Positions 1-11,101 of a DNA stretch of 20,000 nt are shown piece by piece. Numbering within the stretch: position 1 is the stretch's first letter; every line of letters starts with the position of its first letter. Source of the DNA: Trypethelium eluteriae (lineage: Eukaryota); contig JAVECL010000049.1 of NCBI GenBank assembly GCA_051942245.1, forward strand, positions 55,419-75,418. Reading direction: 5' to 3'. Below the pieces are notes generated by a model. The model did no database searches and was not told where the DNA came from. It was given only the letters and a program-made list of their open reading frames with translations. The translations under genes and the position numbers were made by a program.

Positions 1-423
1 GCATGTTCGCCGTTGGCATAGCCTCCAGCTTTCGACATCGCACTTTTTCGAGCAGAAGTGTGCTGACAAGAAGGGAAGGAAATAACACAACTAATCCTCG
101 AAAACAGAAATGTTACATAAGTCGGCTCTAGGGATAGATAGGGTTTTTGATACCCAGTCGTAAAGGCTTTTGGCAAATTGTGACCACATGGCCGCCATGA
201 TCTCGCGCATGGAATGTGCAGCGGCAAGAACCTTCGGCATTCGATCCGAGACTTGCTCAAGGGTGGGAACTGCAAGGTGGTAGCATCTTAGCACGAGTGC
301 TCCATACGGAGTGCTCCGTAGAGGTGATGTTAATTGCTAGGTACTGTCTTGTTAAGAGAACGACGGCTGGCGCCTGGCCCACCCCCACATCCTCCGATAT
401 GCTTCTTAGCTTCTCTTCCTACT

Positions 424-1955
424 CTACCACTTCTCCTCACACCACTCCGACACGTTCGCAAGACCAGCTGTCCCGGACTGATCTCCAACATCAAGGTATC
501 CGCAGATCACACCCTGCGGATCCCATTTTCGTCGAAGATCCATCAACCTTGTCGCGCATTCGTCGGTCCAAAACCTGGTCTTTCGAACTTGGAAATCCGC
601 ATCTCCGAGATAGGCGCCCTCTGCATGGGGTTCAATCCCAAGCATGATATTTCGTGCCAATGTCTTGCACGTAAGGTCATCTTCTTTAGACTTCCAGATC
701 GAATACAGCGCGAAGTAGTGGTCTGTTTGCATGCTTAACGCCATATCGGGGAGTGGCTTGCGGCTGCATGGTGACATGGCGAAATAGAGCGCAAAGGATT
801 CCCGGCTCAGAGGTTTAGTGAAGGCTCCCTCAAGTACAGATACAACGTCTGCGTCGTTCTTAATATACGCATTCGAGGCTGCATATCGATACCCGGGAGG
901 ATTCGCATTGGCCTGATCTCGATATTCTGAAGCAAGACTCGTCGGCTTGTTCACGATCTCGGTGATAAAACCCTCTGGTCTCAACCGATTTGCGTCGGCT
1001 AACGCGGCTTTGGCATTTTCCTCGTTGTCCTGGAACGTGAGAAACAGTGGTACTATGCATCTTTTGTCCATTCCCGCTGGCGTTACACTGACAGCAACGA
1101 TTTCTGTATCCTTTCCGTACAGTGGCGCAATCTTTCGCGCATTAAAACAGGTAGGGTTGAGATTATTGAGAGACTTACCTCGAGTACCCACTTCATGACC
1201 TCTTTGTACTGGGAAATGGGATAGATGAACGCGGATGAGAGCATGTGAGCAAAGACTTTCCGAACTCTGAGGTGAAATCGTAATACCACAGCTGGAAAGC
1301 CTATCGAATGTTAGGTGTTGATGAAGAGCGCCGGAGAAATCTTCTTTACCTGGTCCGGCTCCTCTTGCTGCCCATAGCAAGTCACTGTTGCATGTTGAGT
1401 TGCAATGAAGAATGTCGCCAGTTGCAGTGGCGACGTCGATAGCTGCGACCTGCTCACAAGCCCAACCCCAATTCTGCATTCAAGGTTTATCTCCATTCAT
1501 CTCAAAGGCATGCTCTTTCTTACCTTGCAATTCCAGCCCATACCTCCCTGTAGGAGAAAGCCTCCTAAACCGACATCCGGACAATGGCCACCCCCGAACA
1601 TTAATCCTCGCTTACTTAGGAATTCGTTCAGCTCGGCTCCTGTTGCACTTGGCGAGACCGAGACGATGGAAGCGGCCTCATCGAGATCCATCTGGCAGAA
1701 TTTGCCCAGGTCAATTAAGATAGCATTATCCCTGACGGACCAAGCAGCCCAGCTGTGTCCCCCAGAGCGGACGGATATCCTGCATTTCCTTTCGTTCGCA
1801 AGTTTAACTGCTTGGACTACGTGCTCGTCTTTGGTGGCTTCGACCACGGCAATTGGGTATCGTTTTGGATCAATGCTGTTGAAGACACGACCTGTCCGTG
1901 CCCTTTCATATTCCTGGGGGCTTGCGGTTTCTCGCCACACGATGGGTAAGTCCAT
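424..1955 (-). CDS. FAD-linked oxidoreductase, berberine-bridge-enzyme/VAO family (FAD_binding_4 + BBE domain), 4 exons
   Basis: Spliced model: ATG 1955 (MDLPIVWRE); introns ~1523-1474, 1349-1301, 1178-1132 (GT..AG); stop at 424-426. Motifs ISVRSGGHSW (flavinylated His), GGGHCPDVGLGGFLLQGG, DLLWAARGAGPGFPAVV, and C-terminal YLGDAD...RLMDLRRKWDPQG. Confidence 0.9.
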
Positions 1956-2650
1956 TTTCAAGACCAATGCAAATCAAGTTCAAAATTACGAAGATACGGA
2001 TAGAATGATAATAAACTGGAAAAAAAACGAAGAAGACTGTAGAACTGAAAGTAGAGGGTTTAATCCAGGGTAATGCTCTGCCACGGGTTTGTGCCCATCC
2101 TAAATAAAGTCGGCTCCACCAATTGATTGTCGTCGCGCTCAATGAGTAGTGCAGCAAGCTTGCAGCATTATCATCTGCACTGGGCACTTTGTGGTAGAGT
2201 AGATATGGTGAATGCGTTTCACGTACCCCGAGCCGCGTGGCTCACCCCTGGTCAACTTCAAGAATACCTAGTACTGCCTAGTTTCGTAAAGGTCAAGAGG
2301 TGGTCAACCCTGTAAATGAACCAACGCTTTGGTACTCTGCTTGCTTTTTCTCGCTTGCCCACAAACCCTAATACACCAGGGCACGTTCCTACTGAAGCAT
2401 GTGCCTGCTCGGTGGCTTTTGTTGACATGGATTGGCAAAAGCTTATTCTCTTCCCTACACCTTTCTTACGTGGACGTCAACTCCCACCTTGCGAGCTTGG
2501 TTGATCTCAAACAGCACTAAAGGAAGGATTGGTGCTCTCTCGGAATAACAGGCAACTTCTTTCCGACTTTTGTTGGACTGAATTGGGGACTAACACTCTC
2601 TAGATCTCGAGAACTGGCTGTCCGAGGTTGCACCTGAGCGACGAGCAATC

Positions 2651-4592
2651 ATGGTCAATATTACTACTGACAGAGACACAAAAGAGATCGGCCGAGGCAC
2701 CACACTAGGAAATCTTCGTCTGCGGAATGTGGAAACCAATGAAGTCATCCTGATTCCTACTCCTACAGGAGATCCTAATGATCCCTTGAACTGGTTGGTC
2801 ACTTTCCCAGCAGTACAATCTGGCTGAAGACAGAAAATAGCGAAGCTAATGCACAATATTCGATCAGGTCAAAAGCTTATCGGACTTACCTCGCTTTGTT
2901 AGTCAGCTTTGCTATGTTCCTCTGTAATTTTCTTGCCGCTGGACCTACTGTGGCTATCGTTGACATTACGTAAGTGCCTCTTCCTTTCATATTTCTGTCT
3001 CTGACGCATGGCTCCACCGAGCAACCGAGGCAATCCCTTCCGCCCCTAGGGCTAGGACTGACTTGCCTCAGGAAGGATCTTTATGGGCCTCCTGGTCCAG
3101 CATTTACGAGCGAGATAGCCAAGGTGGCATATTTCTTCACCACCACCGCCCTCCTCCAAGGCACTGGTAATCTCATATGGATGCCCTTACTGATCAAGTA
3201 TGGTCGTCGGCCTGTGTATATTGTCTCTTTTGCGTGCTATACAGGCGTGGCCGCTTGGTGTGGAGGCGCAACCAGCTATGGCAGTGAGCTTGCTGGTCGA
3301 ATCATGCTTGGGTTCTTCGCCGGTGCCGGAGAATGCATTGGACCTGTCACCATAAGCGATATCTTCTTCTTGCACGAGAGAGGAACGTTCATGGCAATTT
3401 ACACCGCAGCCCTTTCTGCAGGTGTTTCCGGGGGAATCATCCTTTCGGGACTCATAACTATCCATCTCAGCTGGCGGTATATCTACTGGGTCGCTGTTGC
3501 GATGATCGGAGCGTCAACTTTCCTCGTCTTCTTGACGATGCCTGAGACTGCTTTCGTCAGGAGTTCCGCTTCGATGGCTACTGAGGGCGTGCTGTCCCCG
3601 ACCGTGCTAGAAGATGGCAAAGAGAGCGAGCATCAAAAAGTGACAACCGTTGAGTCCCCTCTCACGACATCGAGCACATTCAGCGGCCAGAACCAACCGC
3701 CAAAGGAGACTTATTTGCGTAGTCTGAACCTCGTCCACGGCAAGTACACCGACGAATCCCTAGTGCGGATGTTCTTCCGTCCCATCGTTCTCCTCATCTT
3801 GCCCCCGGTTCTCTGGGCAACTCTTGTGATGGCAGTCACCATCGGCTTTCTTGTCGCGATATCCTCCAATTTTGCCACCGCCTTTTCTAACAGGTACGGA
3901 TTCTTACCCTACCAATCCGGTCTCTGCTTCATATCGGGGCTTGTCGGGACTATGATCTCTATCTTTTTTGGCGGACGTGTCTCGGACATGGTTGCGGACT
4001 TTTTCACTAAACGCAACGGCGGGATCCGGGAACCTGAGATGCGTCTGCCCGCTATGACTATTGGTCTGTTTGCAGCGCCGCTTGGTTTGCTTCTGTATGG
4101 TGTGGGTATAAATAACAAGCTCCATTGGATAGTGCCCACTCTTGGACTAGGCTTTGGTAAGTATCTGTACATTCTTGCGGGGCCCAATGCTTCTACCGTA
4201 ACTTCTTAACATTGCGAATAGTGAGCTTTGCGGTGGCACAGGCTACCAATGTCTCTCTCACTTACATCGTGGATGCTTATCGGCCGATATCGGGAGAGAC
4301 TATCGTCACGCAACTCGCTTTCAAGTGTAAGTAAGGCTGGAGTGCAGTAGACTTCCCTATCTGATCCATACTGCCAGCTTGCTTCGGCTTTCTACTCAGC
4401 TTCTATACAAATCCTTGGGTGAACGAGTCAGGCTACTCGCATGCCTTTGGTGCAATGGCTGGAATCAGTGCGGCTGTTCAGATCCTTTGGATCCCCCTTT
4501 TCTTTCTTGGAAAACAGATTCGACGACAGACGATCGATTGGAAAGTCATGACCTTTGTGGGCTGGAGCCCGGATCGAGAAGTGGGCGAGTAA
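2651..4592 (+). CDS. Major facilitator superfamily transporter (fungal HOL1/DHA1-like), 5 exons
   Basis: ATG 2651; N-terminal ILIPTPTGDPNDPLNWS motif; introns ~2794-2867, 2970-3071, 4157-4221, 4327-4377; motifs KYGRRPVY, DIFFLHERG, WRYIYW, MPET, REPEMRLP, YIVDAYRP; many hydrophobic segments; TAA at 4590-4592. Confidence 0.9.
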
Positions 4593-4739
4593 TCATTCCC
4601 TGCACTCAGTTCAAGTCTGTTGTAAATTCCAAGGAATCTGTGTATGCTTAAAGAGCTGCTGTCTGACTACCTTGACTTCCATCATTAACCGATCTATCAA
4701 AGCTACTTGAGGATTGCAAACTGGCAGAGTCAGAATTTA

Positions 4740-4920
4740 CCTTACCGCGGCTGGGGGGTGCCCTGACCGGAAATTGATATAATGTTATTTCGACTGTACT
4801 GTTATGACCATGTTGGCCCATGTTAACACCGTCTTAACATGGGCCAACATGGTCATAACAGTACAGTCGAAATAACATTATATCAATTTCCGGTCAGGGC
4901 ACCCCCCAGCCGCGGTAAGG
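4740..4920. mobile_element. 181-bp palindromic MITE/foldback-like element, copy 1 (intact)
   Basis: Arms 4740-4826 and 4834-4920 are exact 87-bp reverse complements (CCTTACCGCGGCTGGGGGGTGCCC...) around a 7-nt centre CACCGTC; TA on both sides (4738-39, 4921-22); homologous copy at 7477-7657. Confidence 0.85.
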
Positions 4921-4940
4921 TACCTTCACCATAATATAAC

Positions 4941-7268
4941 TCATCCTTGACCTGCCGACGTGCCTGACACGGGCTCGCCAGTACATAAGCCTCCGGCCAT
5001 TCCTTCCGTAATGTTAGGATGTGAGGTAAAGGGGCCCCAAGTAGGGAATCGGTCCATTGTCGGGGCGGGCTGCACATCTGCGCTCACGACACCCACTGTA
5101 AGTCGTGGAACATCATTAGAAGAGACAACGCAGCCATCTGCCTAAGCATTACGTAAGCATGACGACGGTCAACAAAAATTTAGTGGAAGCTTTGTAGTTG
5201 TTACCTACCTTCATCACCCGCCAGCTCAGATTCTGCCTGAGATATATTGAGACCTCCTCCACTCCGAGACCGCTCAATTCATCACTCTCCACTTTATCAG
5301 CCAGCGCGGAGGTCAGAGGTACTGTGCCGGAAGCCATCAGTGGCACCTCTGTCTTCATACCACCTAGGTTCGCAAAGAACCCGTGAGTTCCAACAAGATT
5401 TGGCTCGGACCTCCAGCCTGAGCTGTCGCCATCGTTGAAGGGCCCGACGAAGACGTAGACGGAGAAGGAGTCGCCCAAGCCCATTTTGTCAGCGCGAATC
5501 GTGGTAATATACTGGCGTCGTGCGCCAGTGGATGTAGTCGCATTGGCCAAAGAAGCCTCTTCCGTAGTCGGAGACGCCTCCGTACCTCGTTCCTCGGAGT
5601 GGAATCGCGAGAGAGATTTGGAATACAAGGAGCTTGCGGCAGACGATCTCCCGTACATGTTATTAACCGCGGCCTGAATGTCGGAGATGGAAGCTGATAA
5701 ATTAGTGTCATTATTCCACAGTTCAGGGTAAGTGTAGCTGAATTTCTTGACATCTCGAGATGCGAACGAAGTCCAGAAATCGCCAGTCGTATCGGAATGG
5801 AAAGGTGTCAACCCTTTAGTGCGTAAGTGAACAAGGAGATTCATACGGAGCATGATACTTACGAGAGTTGCCGTCCTCTGTCGTATTGGCAGCGTATGTG
5901 AATGTGGGCTGCCATTGGACCGCAGGCTCGATGAAGCTCTCGGGATTTATAACCTGCCATAGCGCGAAGAGACGATCGACCATCCTATCGACCTCGTCAT
6001 TAGAGTCTTGTTCTTCATCCCTTGAAGTTAGAACTTATCATACGCATGATGCAGCCAGAATACCGGGTCAAACGCAGAATACTGTAAGTACGTCATATGT
6101 CCAGAAAGTCCAACGTTGTTGTGGATGACGTCGTGTACTGCTTCTATGCTGTCAAAGCCTGTGTCATCATTCTCGTCATACCACATTTCCGTGCAGACTG
6201 TTGTATAATTCTTGGAGGAGGTCATAAGGTTGTAAACTCGATCTTGGAGATTGGATTGAGCGTTGGCCATTGCGGAGGCGCTAGCACGTTCGTCACTGGT
6301 TGCATTTGCATTCGTGCTTGAGGGAGCCCTCAGTGTCTGAGGGTACAAGGTAAACTGCACGAGATCCTATCCAGTGGTGAGCTCTTGGTGTCCAAGAAGA
6401 AGAGACAGGGTTGAATGCACTCACTGGGTCATACATAAAATCAGAAGGGACAAGGGGGTGGAAAACATAAGAGTAGAGAGGATTTGATATCTCTGTGATC
6501 ACAGTAGTGGCGTTGTCATGGCTTGGAACTGTAACATTGACTTTAGGTGAGGTCACGCAATCCGGTAAAACAGGACCTCCATCGGGCGGTTCTGCTGCCC
6601 AATCCCAGTATGGGATTCGAAAGGACATAGCGGCTTGCGCATACCGTTGACGTAGAGCACCCGTGGGAAACTCATTTGCAGCTTCAGTCACTTTCTCGTA
6701 CAGGACTTGCTGTCGTGATGTCAGTAGTCAGAAGTAAGGCGTCATCAGAAATTTGCATCGTGACTGACTTCAAAAAGAGCCAGATACGGCCGATGCCAAG
6801 TCAGAAATAGGGTGGAATAGTGTGCGCAATAACCGTTGTCGTCCTGACCCGGTGCTGCTTGAACATCATCCCATGGTATATAAGGCATGCCATGAATGCC
6901 TATTTGGTACGGATTAGTCTTTCCAGCGTTACTGATATAGAGAGATAGCCCTTACCGGCTATTTGGTACCAAGACATAGGATCTGATTGATTGACTGCCT
7001 GCATTTTCTGCAGTCCAAGAAGATATAAGTTGAACTGGTCGACATCTTGCTGTAGCTGTCTAATCTCTAACCGCGACTGAACTCCAAATACTGGAGAAGC
7101 TCCTTTTACTGGGATGGTTGCCAGTTGTTGTTGTCGCCGCACACGTGGTGCGAGGTCTTCCGCAATATGAAGGAGTGGACCATGGAAGGCTGCGCAATGT
7201 GCAAAATACAAGGACAGTAGTATAGACGAGACCCCACGAAATGTACTGAAATATATCCCGGACGACAT
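4941..7268 (-). CDS. Secreted tyrosinase / polyphenol oxidase (type-3 copper) with C-terminal domain, 7 exons
   Basis: ATG 7268 with hydrophobic signal-like N-terminus; RLEIRQLQ, SWYQIAGIHGMPY, GYCAH, FLTWHRPYLALFEQ (CuA); FRIPYWDWA; EAVHDVIH...SAFDPVFWLHHAMVDRLFALWQ (CuB); LTPF..FSYTYPEL. Introns ~6955-6900, 6768-6710, 6424-6355, 6043-5985, 5862-5814, 5208-5142; TGA at 4941-4943. Confidence 0.93.
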
Positions 7269-7360
7269 TGTTGTGGAAGGTGCCGAAGTGTGGAGGACCG
7301 ATCTAAGGAGAGGAAAATATAGAGTTTGGAGTTTGTCCCAAGGTGGCCGGTAGTAGTACG

Positions 7361-7366
7361 TTTATA
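7361..7366 (-). promoter_or_regulatory. Putative TATA box of the tyrosinase gene
   Basis: TATAAA on the minus strand ~95 nt upstream of the ATG, followed by a pyrimidine-rich leader. Confidence 0.5.
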
Positions 7367-7476
7367 GGGCTTGCGCGGTACGAGACTCAACGAGACTTTC
7401 CAAATCGAGAATGGCAGGCAGAGGCATGTAGTCAGCCAGGGAATGCGAGGTGGTGAGTCTCCCACAACCTCACCTA

Positions 7477-7657
7477 CCTCACGGCGGCTGGGGGGTGCCC
7501 TGACTGGAAATTGATATAATGTTATTTCAACTTTGCTGTTATGACCATGCTGGTCCATGCTAACGCGGTGTTAACATGGATCAACATGGTCATAACAGCA
7601 AAGTCAAAATAACATTGTATTAATTACCAGTTGAGGAACCCCCCAGCCGCGGTAAGG
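7477..7657. mobile_element. 181-bp palindromic MITE/foldback-like element, copy 2 (diverged)
   Basis: Same length as copy 1, ungapped, ~25 substitutions by manual count (~86% identity); ~14 mismatches between its own 87-bp arms; TA at 7475-76 and 7658-59. Confidence 0.85.
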
Positions 7658-7681
7658 TATCCTCCAAAACTCACCACGAGA

Positions 7682-8375
7682 TCACCCCCGGCCGCAACAG
7701 CACGGTTTGGACATCCTGATCGATGACTGCTTTGAGCGTTGCGGCTGAGATAGGAAAGTCCGAAGGTTAAACAGGGCTGGATGCAATTCGGCCTTGTGCA
7801 ACCTTTGAAATGAGCGTCGCTTTTGCTTGAATTGGCACACCTCGTCCAGGGGCGAGCACAAAACGATACCTCTCGTGCCTTGAAGCGTCAATCAGCAGAT
7901 GCGGGAAGGCGGATAATCGGGACGCTTGTTACACTATTCATTTCCCTCAGATGTCGCGGTTACACAATCTCATCCAACTGTGATCCGCCTCCCCACTGAC
8001 TGCGCGTTAGACTACACGGCACATATACCGAAGAGCAGCATCGAAAGCTGGATGTTAGAACTACCAGATGTCGTCGCCGGTGTCCAGTTACACGAAAATT
8101 TTCCCGACCGGCTTTTTGGTGCTATAAGACGACTCGAACTTGGCAAGCCGAGTAAGACCAGCAAACGACTCATGTCTCAGCAAAGCCATGATACCGGAAA
8201 TAGCCTCCATGAGCACTTTGTCGTGCAATTCCAGAATGTGTGGCGAGGATCTTGGGAACTACACAGACACGAGCCTTGAGGTACAGACAACGTGTTGGAT
8301 CTCAACGCCGCCCCTCTCATCCAAGACATTTGCTCAAGCACCTTCCAAATTCATGAGTTGCTCGACAGACACCAT
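7682..8375 (-). pseudogene. Possible degenerate coding remnant of unknown family
   Basis: One minus-strand frame reads protein-like (…ELHDKVLMEAISGIMALLRHESFAGLTRLAKFE…KIFV*LDTGDDIW*F*HPAFDAALRYMC…) with several in-frame stops; the + ORF 8140-8421 resembles an antisense shadow. No family recognised. Confidence 0.25.
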
Positions 8376-8429
8376 GTTCTATTTCAGTTGGTGCGCCTGC
8401 CACATTTCCATTTCGATGTGAGTCGCTCT

Positions 8430-8467
8430 GGGTTTAGTCGGTCTCTCAGGGTTTAGTCGGTCTCTCA
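8430..8467. repeat. Exact tandem duplication of 19 bp (GGGTTTAGTCGGTCTCTCA x2)
   Basis: Units at 8430-8448 and 8449-8467, read directly. Confidence 0.9.
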
Positions 8468-8659
8468 GAGACTCGCCCAAGCATCTCCGGCAGCTCATTC
8501 TTCTGAATTCATTTGTCCCTTGCTTGGCCACTTCCCCGGGAACAACCGCCCAGCCGGAAAAGCTGGGGACCGTGATTGGCGAGGCCTTCTTAATAGATTA
8601 ATTAATCCGAAATTTTCAAGCTGCGTACGTACAACTTCGACATACAAATTCCTTGAAAA

Positions 8660-11101
8660 TTACGCTGCACCTCCCCCCAGCCCATCACCATCGTCCTCAG
8701 CCCCCCCAGTACGATCCTCAGTCCCGAAGACCGCGTTTCCAAACGCCGAATTATCCAATCCGAGATCTAGGTCATCACCGTCAGCGCCAGCGCCACCGTC
8801 AAAGTCCACTAGTCCATCACCAGCGCCATTGAAATCTTCCAACGCACTAAAGTCGTTGTCATCCATGGTACCACCTGCTGCATCGTCAAACATGCTCTGT
8901 GGTACGCCAGAGTGCTCCTGCGCTTGCAAAGCTCCCTGCTCTTGCTCTCCAGGCGCTTGTGTCGAGGTTTGCTCTGTAGAGGATGTGGGTTGTGCTTTTT
9001 GCTCAGGTTCCACCTGTAGCTGTGTACTCAAGTCGGTGTTCTCGACCGCGTCCTGTTGTTGCTGCTCGACCATGACCCAATCGTCGGCTTGGGTTGTCTC
9101 TGGTTTCGATGAGTCACCTCCGTCAGCAGCCGCATCTCCACCCTCGATGTCTACCATTTGTCCATCAAGGTCCATGGACTCTACAAGGTCCATGCCATCG
9201 TCAGGGTCATCGGGCTCTTCTTGTTGCTGTGCTTGACCTTGAGGCTGGGATATTCCGTCGTCCATTTGACCAGATTCTTCCTGCTGATTGTCAGCGGTGG
9301 ATTGACCCAGGCCCATTTGCGGAGTTGAATGGAAGGAGCCTTCGCCCAGATCATCTAGAAGTCCAGCCGCGGTATTGTGTAGATCCAAACTGCCATCCAT
9401 GGTATCATCCATCGCAGCTCCGTCGAAACCTCCAAATGAGGATTCCTGCGCGTTGGTGCCAGGAAGCTCGCCACTAAGTGTGCTGCTCACGCCGTTCTGG
9501 GTTCCATTTGAAATCTGCGTCCCATTCACTTGTGGTTCCAAGTAGCCACCCTTGTCAACGCAAACGATATCCTTGCGGCTCTGTACCTTGTTGCCTAGTT
9601 TTGTCTCGACATCTTGAACCACATCTGATATTGTTTCTTTGGACCCTACAGACCATGGTTGGCTATCCAGTCGCCACACTTCATTGCCAGTTCCATTGAA
9701 TTCATTGCCCTTCGCATCCCTCAGTCTACGCTCCGCATTTGCAAGCGTCTTACTCTTGCGCAGCATATCAGACATTCGTTTAGCATGCTCCTTCCTCATG
9801 TCTTCCATTTCTCGTCTCGTACGCTCAATGTGTGTCTGCACTCTTGCCTCTATTTCATCCACATCCTCCTTGCGAAGTGTTCTCAACTTCGCATTTTCCA
9901 CGGTACCATCTTTCCACTTGATGAGGTCCACTGCCATGTTTTCGTCTTGCGCACCTATGTGGCCCCGTGGAGGAGGCTCAGTGTCTTTCGTAGGAGCTTC
10001 GGCGAATCCATCAGTAAGAGCAGAGAGCTCGCCCACGAGACCCAGGCCGAGATCCACAGGAACAATCTGAGTTGGAGCGAAAGGAGAGGAGAATATTTCT
10101 TCCATCCATTCGTGGTGCTGTATGTATCGCACTTGACTTATCTCCTGAGGCGTGAGGTGATCAAGTTGATCACCTATAGTAGTGTTCTCCTCGTCTTCAA
10201 TAGAAGTATCCATGCCTGGGGTTGGAGCCCCGGGACGTGGTGGTTGCCCAGAAACGCGTGGCCGCTTAGCCGGTGGTTGACCAATAACGTTCGGTGGATG
10301 AGGTTGGTTATAGCCATAGGGAGCGCCGCGGCCCATTCCTGTGTACATAGCACCTGGCTGGGCGTAAGGATTTGAAGGTATACCACCGCCAGGTATCGAG
10401 ACGGTAGGCCAGTTGTTCTGGTCATGTAGCATGAATTCCTTTCTCGCAAGTTGACCCTGCGACTCGAGATATTGCCGATTCCGGAGAAGATTTTGGACTT
10501 CGGGGGCGACCTGAACCATTTGGGCTGGTATTCGCGAGTCGGGGTCTGCGGGCTTGTAATGAACGATCCATAGATTGGGGTTATATTGACTGGGGTTCTG
10601 AGGGCCCTTGCTGACAATGCGATAACGATACCGACTATGAACGGCGAGCCGCTCTAGCCCTGGCTTGTAACCACTGCGCTGTACTAAGCATTGGATCGTC
10701 TGAAGTAAATATTAGTGACAATAACAGCCAGTGCAGACACAGACCGTACAAAACCACGACACTCGGCATGAAATGTATGCTCAGAATCGGCCCATATGTA
10801 TCCGTCTGTGCCAAACATTTCTCCGCGATTCGGAGGCTGCCATGTCAGAATGACCGTACCATCAGGTGGTGCAGTGAGATACGTCCAAAACATGGGAGCG
10901 ACCTCTTTCGTTACAGTGGGAGCTTTGCTAAGAAAATCCGTCACAATATCGAGACTGGCCTGCTGCATGGTCGGGTAGGTTTGTCGAGAGAGCAGGTGGA
11001 CATGGGGAAGCTACTCAGGTGCAATTAGCAGTATACAGGAAAGGTCCAATGCATACGAGACGTACGAGCATGGGGGGCACCCCATCGCCGGGACTCTGCA
11101 T
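8660..11101 (-). CDS. ssr4: SWI/SNF and RSC complex subunit Ssr4 (DUF1750 family), 3 exons, long acidic/Q-rich C-terminal tail
   Basis: MQSPGDGVPPML|LPHVHLLSRQTYP…APMFWTYL..PPDGTVILTWQP…DGYIWAD; LWIVHY; GQLARKEFMLHD; GDQLDHLTPQEISQVRYIQHHEWMEEIFSSP. Introns ~11065-11011 and 10749-10700. Confidence 0.85.

Noticed and set aside
1..420. Short ORFs at the window start (91-294 minus, 216-647 plus)
   Set aside because: No recognisable motif or convincing splice pattern; partly antisense to the oxidase.
4883..5077. ORF 4883-5077 (and 7106-7558) running into the palindromic elements
   Set aside because: Out-of-frame overlaps with the tyrosinase; no transposase motifs, and the elements are too short to be autonomous.
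4740..7657. Interpreting the repeats as CRISPR or rho-independent terminators
   Set aside because: Eukaryotic context, only two dispersed copies, no spacer array and no U-tract.
7450..7677. 9-bp inverted match GTGGTGAGT/ACTCACCAC outside copy 2
   Set aside because: Asymmetric distances from the element and absent around copy 1; likely chance.
8520..10375. Long plus-strand ORFs (8520-9236, 9659-10375 and others)
   Set aside because: Ser/Cys-rich antisense shadows of ssr4.
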